Of a stretch of 64,000 bases of DNA, positions 59,928 through 64,000 are shown piece after piece. Position 1 is the first letter of the stretch; each line of letters opens with the position of its first letter. This stretch comes from an uncultured Verrucomicrobiae bacterium (GTDB taxonomy: Bacteria > Verrucomicrobiota > Verrucomicrobiia > Chthoniobacterales > JAFAMB01). The stretch covers positions 3,616,001 through 3,680,000 of the forward strand of contig CAWIPH010000002.1 of NCBI GenBank assembly GCA_963837955.1, read 5' to 3'. Below the pieces are notes generated by a model, which made no database searches, was not told the origin of the DNA, and worked only from the letters and a program-made list of their open reading frames with translations. The translations under genes were made by a program, and so were the position numbers.

Positions 59928-61649
59928 TCATGCTTCCACCGGCACCAAGCTTTCCCTGTTCTTTAGTTCCTGGTGAAATTGCTCCGGTTTCGGTGCTGGA
60001 CCATTCACGTGCGTTCTTCCCCAGTAGGAAGAAAACGTCTCATCCGCGACGCGGTTACGGACGAAATCTTCGAGCAGTTTCCGTACTTTGATCGGAATCT
60101 CCGATTGGTGAATCGACTTTTCTTCGAGCCCGACCAGACGCTCACCGGTGATTGAGCCGCCAACAAACATCGCATACTTCGCCGGCGCACGACCAACGAA
60201 CGCGATATCGGCGTTATAAGGCCTCGCGCAACCGTTGGGGCAACCAGTCATGCGGATCAAGATTGGTTCATTCAAGAGCGAAAGATCGGCTAGAACCTTG
60301 TCGATTTCCGCCAGTACATCCGGAAAAACTCGTTCGCTCTCAGCCAACGCCAACCCGCAAGTGGGTAGCGCGACGCAAGCATGCGCCAGCTTTCGGGCGA
60401 CGCTCAACTTCGACAGACCAGGGATCCGGTACCTGACCAAAATCTCTTCTAACTGCGACTTTTGAGAGGGCTCGATGTCATGAAAAATAATATTGCAGTT
60501 CGCGGTCAACCGGACCGGCAATCGCATCGTTTCGGCGATTTCGCGAAAAGCGCTCCGATAGGCACCTTTTTCCGAATCTTGAATTCGTCCTTCCTCCACC
60601 CAAACTCCGCAAAACAGCTTGCCGTTCCCCTGCTCATGCCATCCCAGGAGATCGCCCACCGTAGTCCATCGCGCGGATCTCGCCGGCTCCAGCTTGAAAG
60701 AGAGGCGAGCACTGACCTCGTTTCGAAACCACTCGATCCCAGCCTCCTCGATCAAATATTTCAGCCGGGCGCGCCTGCGATCCGTCCGATTTCCGAAGTC
60801 TCGCTGCGTGGTCACCACGGCTTTCGCGACTTCGATCACTCGGGAGCGATCGACATAGCCGAGTGGCTGAGCCAACGCCGGGTAAGTGTCAATTTTGCCG
60901 TGCGACATGCCAAACCCGCCGCCGACCACAACGGTGTAACCCTTTGTCTCGCCCCCTTCGATATGCGCAATGAACCCGAGGTCATTGGAGTAGACGTCAA
61001 CATCGTTCCGCGGCGGAATCGCTATCGCTATCTTGAATTTACGCGGCAGATATTGCGGTCCGTACACGGGCTCAATTTCGCCATCCGGAGACTCCAAGCG
61101 CTCTCCATTCAGCCAAATCTCGGCGTAAGCCGCCGTCTTGGCTAAAAAGGTATCGCTGATCTCTTTGGCCAGCCGCTGCGCGTCGCCATGTGGCTGATCG
61201 TCGATTGGCGTGGCCGGTGCCAAGGTGTTGCGAACCACATCTCCGCAGGCTCCCCAAGTTGTGATCCCGCTTTCGTTAATCCGGCGAATACACGCTGGGA
61301 GATCTCCCTTGAGCACTCCGTGGATCTGGAATCCCTGGCGCGTAGTGATCCGCAAGGTGCCGTTGCCTAATTCGTCCGCAATGCGGTCGTGGTCCAGATA
61401 CTGGGCTGCCGACAAGGCACCACCGGGCAGCTTTGAGCGTACCATGAACATCCAAGCTTTATCCAAATTTTGCTGCTTGCGAGATGTGCGCTGATCTCGA
61501 TCATCCTGCTGATAGGTGCCATGGAACTTGAGCAGCTGGTATTCCTCGTCAGCAAAATGGCTTTGGTCGCTCTGCTGCAGGGTTTCGGCGATCTTCCCTC
61601 GTAAGGAGTGACTTTCTGCCTTAATTTCTTCAACGTTTTTAGCGGGCAT
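59928..61649 (-). CDS. cysI: Assimilatory sulfite reductase hemoprotein (CysI/Sir)
   Basis: KFHGTYQQDDRD, TTRQGFQ, LPRKFK, CVALPTCGLA and TGCPNGC siroheme/[4Fe-4S] motifs. Confidence 0.92.
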   Translation of the reverse strand: MPAKNVEEIKAESHSLRGKIAETLQQSDQSHFADEEYQLLKFHGTYQQDDRDQRTSRKQQNLDKAWMFMVRSKLPGGALSAAQYLDHDRIADELGNGTLRITTRQGFQIHGVLKGDLPACIRRINESGITTWGACGDVVRNTLAPATPIDDQPHGDAQRLAKEISDTFLAKTAAYAEIWLNGERLESPDGEIEPVYGPQYLPRKFKIAIAIPPRNDVDVYSNDLGFIAHIEGGETKGYTVVVGGGFGMSHGKIDTYPALAQPLGYVDRSRVIEVAKAVVTTQRDFGNRTDRRRARLKYLIEEAGIEWFRNEVSARLSFKLEPARSARWTTVGDLLGWHEQGNGKLFCGVWVEEGRIQDSEKGAYRSAFREIAETMRLPVRLTANCNIIFHDIEPSQKSQLEEILVRYRIPGLSKLSVARKLAHACVALPTCGLALAESERVFPDVLAEIDKVLADLSLLNEPILIRMTGCPNGCARPYNADIAFVGRAPAKYAMFVGGSITGERLVGLEEKSIHQSEIPIKVRKLLEDFVRNRVADETFSSYWGRTHVNGPAPKPEQFHQELKNRESLVPVEA

Positions 61650-61774
61650 CGTGACTAAATGGTATTCCCTATAGGGATATAGTCTATTGCGCCTCAGCGC
61701 AAATTGATTGTACCACATCGAGTTTGAGTAGACTCGTGGCAGCCCAGCCGCTAAGCGCTATCTTGCGCCCGTCG

Positions 61775-62932
61775 ATGAGTGATTTCTTTCAGCACGGCCT
61801 GATCAGTACCCTCCACCAGTTGAACGAGCCGCTGCGCCATCGCGATCTCCCGGTTGGCCGCATCAAACTCGGGTTAATCCTGCCATGCCACTACCGGGAC
61901 CTCGGATCGGATACCCTCACCGGCATCATCCACACTCTCAATAAGTCCGCCTCCTTTGATCTGATCGTTATCACTATGAACGGGATACCCGAAGCCCACA
62001 CCGCGACAGTTGCTCATTTTTGGTCCCAACTGCGCTCTCCGCATCGGATTCTGTGGAACGATGACCCAAACCTCTCGGGATGGCTTACCGCCAAAGGCCT
62101 GCGTTCGACCCCAGGCAAGGGATTAAATCTCTGGATGGCGCTCGGATTCATCAGCCGGCACACCGATATTGGCGCGCTCGTCATGCACGACTGTGATATC
62201 AAGAACTACAGTGCGCAGCTGCCGTTCAGTCTAATCGATCCGGTCGTAACGCTCGGATATAAGTTCTGCAAGGGATACTATCCGAGGGTACAAGAGCAAC
62301 TCTACGGCCGGGTAACCCGCCTATTTGTGATCCCGCTCATGCGCTCGCTCGTTCGTGCGATCGGCCACTTTCCATTGCTCGACTTCATCGATTCCTTTCG
62401 CTATCCGCTCGCGGGCGAATGCGCACTGACTACTGATCTAGCGGTTCAGCTTCCGATCGAAAATGGCTGGGCGCTGGAGATCGGGTCGCTCTGCGAGGTT
62501 CACCGACTCCTGGAGCCCAGGGAAGTTTGCCAAGTCGATTTAGCAATTCTTTACGACCACAAACATCAAACCCTGGATCCAGATCAACCGCGGGAAGGGT
62601 TATTGGGGATGGTTTCCGACATCGCCTTGTCAGTTCTAAGCCACCTCGAACGCGAAGGTTGCAAATTCGATTCGGCCATCCTTGAGTCCATTTGCGAGGG
62701 ATATCAACAAGCAGCGGCAGATTTCGTTCGGCGATATCGGGATGTGGCTTTCTTTAACCAGATTCCGTTCGCCCAGTCTCGGGAAACGGAAATTTCCAGG
62801 CTCTTCCTGGAGCGCCTGCGAGAGGTCGCCGGCGAATTTGCTAACGGCGCTCGGACGTCGCCGCTTCCTCCATGGAACCAACTCTCGGAGCACACCGAGA
62901 CGCCTGATTTCCCGGTTCTAAGGGCGGATTAG
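61775..62932 (+). CDS. Glycosyltransferase, glucosyl-3-phosphoglycerate synthase (GpgS)-like
   Basis: MSDFFQHG, GKGLNLW, HDCDI, YGRVTRL, FRYPLAGE, YDHKHQ. Confidence 0.8.
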   Translation: MSDFFQHGLISTLHQLNEPLRHRDLPVGRIKLGLILPCHYRDLGSDTLTGIIHTLNKSASFDLIVITMNGIPEAHTATVAHFWSQLRSPHRILWNDDPNLSGWLTAKGLRSTPGKGLNLWMALGFISRHTDIGALVMHDCDIKNYSAQLPFSLIDPVVTLGYKFCKGYYPRVQEQLYGRVTRLFVIPLMRSLVRAIGHFPLLDFIDSFRYPLAGECALTTDLAVQLPIENGWALEIGSLCEVHRLLEPREVCQVDLAILYDHKHQTLDPDQPREGLLGMVSDIALSVLSHLEREGCKFDSAILESICEGYQQAAADFVRRYRDVAFFNQIPFAQSRETEISRLFLERLREVAGEFANGARTSPLPPWNQLSEHTETPDFPVLRAD

Positions 62933-62951
62933 GCGTCGACTGATCGGCGAA

Positions 62952-63135
62952 ACACGCCCACGATCGGTGGGCCAACGCCCTCAGGTACAAAAACGGTCGG
63001 CTCAAGCCGATCCCGCTGAGACGGAATCAGGCCCGCCGCCGCTACGCTTTGGCGCGGCCCTCAGATTTCGATTAACTGTATACCGTAAGTCCAGGCCGCG
63101 ACGTAGGCTTGGCGGAGTCGGGCTTTCGCCCTACC
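62952..63135. repeat. GTAG REP-like composite repeat
   Basis: acgcccacgatcggt, cggctcaagccgatcccg and ctttcgccctacc shared with other copies in the window. Confidence 0.7.
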
Positions 63136-63267
63136 AATGGGGACGGTCGCCACGAGGCTGCTGCCTTGGCAGTTGCTCAACCGGAGATCTGCTGATATTT
63201 GAGCATGGGAGGACGAAGGCGGACAAGCCATGGGCCCTCCCACCCTAGAATCCAACTAAAACGACGT

Positions 63268-64000
63268 ATGCTCTCATTTACCAAAATGAATGGTGCCGGG
63301 AATGATTTCGTTCTGTTGGATAACCGTTCCGGACATCTTCGGCTGAACTCGGACGAAATCGCTTTTCTTTGCGATCGGCATCGCGGCGTCGGCGGAGACG
63401 GAGTGCTCTTACTGGAGAAGACCTCCAACGGCGCGGATTTCCGAATGCGATATTACAACAGTGATGGGGGTGAGGCCGAGATGTGCGGTAATGGTGCTCG
63501 CTGCTTTGCTCGGTTTGCCAGCAAGCTTGCTGGGCCATTTTCCGAGCTTAGCTTTGAAACGCAGGCCGGGGTCATTCGGGCGAAACTCGATGGCGAGAAA
63601 GTGACCGTAAATCTCGGCTCCGCTCACGGGCTTGCCCTAAATCGGAAGCTAGAAGTAGGAGGAAAAGAAGTCACCGTACATTTGGTAAATACAGGGGTTC
63701 CGCACGCGGTCATGATGGTCGACGATCTCGAGGCGGCTCCGGTATTCGAGCTGGGTAAAGCGATTCGTTATCATCCAGAATTTCGTCCAAAAGGAACGAA
63801 TGTAAATTTTGTGAAAGAGACTGCGCCGGGGAAAATCGCTATTCGCACCTATGAACGAGGTGTTGAAGCGGAAACTCTGGCCTGTGGTACAGGTGTAACC
63901 GCCGCTGCTTTGATTTTTAGCCGGCTGCGATCGGTCGACAGTCCGATCAGAATAAAGGTTAGAGGCGGCGATTGGCTGGAAGTCGCTTTTGTTCGTGCTG
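63268..64000 (+). CDS. dapF: Diaminopimelate epimerase, runs off the right edge
   Basis: Own translation MLSFTKMNGAGNDF, EMCGNG, NTGVPH, TYERGVEAETLACGTG. Confidence 0.95.
   Translation, partial: MLSFTKMNGAGNDFVLLDNRSGHLRLNSDEIAFLCDRHRGVGGDGVLLLEKTSNGADFRMRYYNSDGGEAEMCGNGARCFARFASKLAGPFSELSFETQAGVIRAKLDGEKVTVNLGSAHGLALNRKLEVGGKEVTVHLVNTGVPHAVMMVDDLEAAPVFELGKAIRYHPEFRPKGTNVNFVKETAPGKIAIRTYERGVEAETLACGTGVTAAALIFSRLRSVDSPIRIKVRGGDWLEVAFVRA

Overview
A 64 kb chromosomal window from a bacterium of roughly 55% GC (estimated by eye). Gene content and intergenic repeat style suggest a soil Verrucomicrobiota (Chthoniobacterales-like) genome, which is inference only. No integrase, transposase, phage genes or CRISPR array were seen. 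In order it carries: a DmpA peptidase (partial), a GNAT, a TetR-EmrAB efflux operon, a 12 kb inositol catabolism operon, acetoacetate/short-chain acid genes, a DCXR-like SDR, a SWIM-SNF2 helicase, ParA, GHL10, tandem aldo/keto reductases, a sugar oxidoreductase/ABC cluster, an M3 peptidase-opp operon, tRNA-Gln, gpmI, a sulfite reductase hemoprotein, a GpgS-like glycosyltransferase and dapF (partial). The strongest candidate for an undescribed system is the inositol operon. It has iolD, iolB and two iolG but no iolC kinase, iolJ aldolase or CoA-acylating iolA. In their place sit a translationally coupled two-subunit transketolase and a non-acylating aldehyde dehydrogenase, suggesting a kinase-free transketolase route from 2-deoxy-5-keto-gluconate to a pentose phosphate plus malate. 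Intergenic DNA is dense with nested non-autonomous palindromic repeats: GTAG REP-like units (three overlap stop codons), a ~230 bp palindrome family and a mini-element inserted into the other repeats. A 31-aa basic microprotein below the ORF-track cutoff, a degenerate Moco-domain protein and a candidate structured RNA were also noted.
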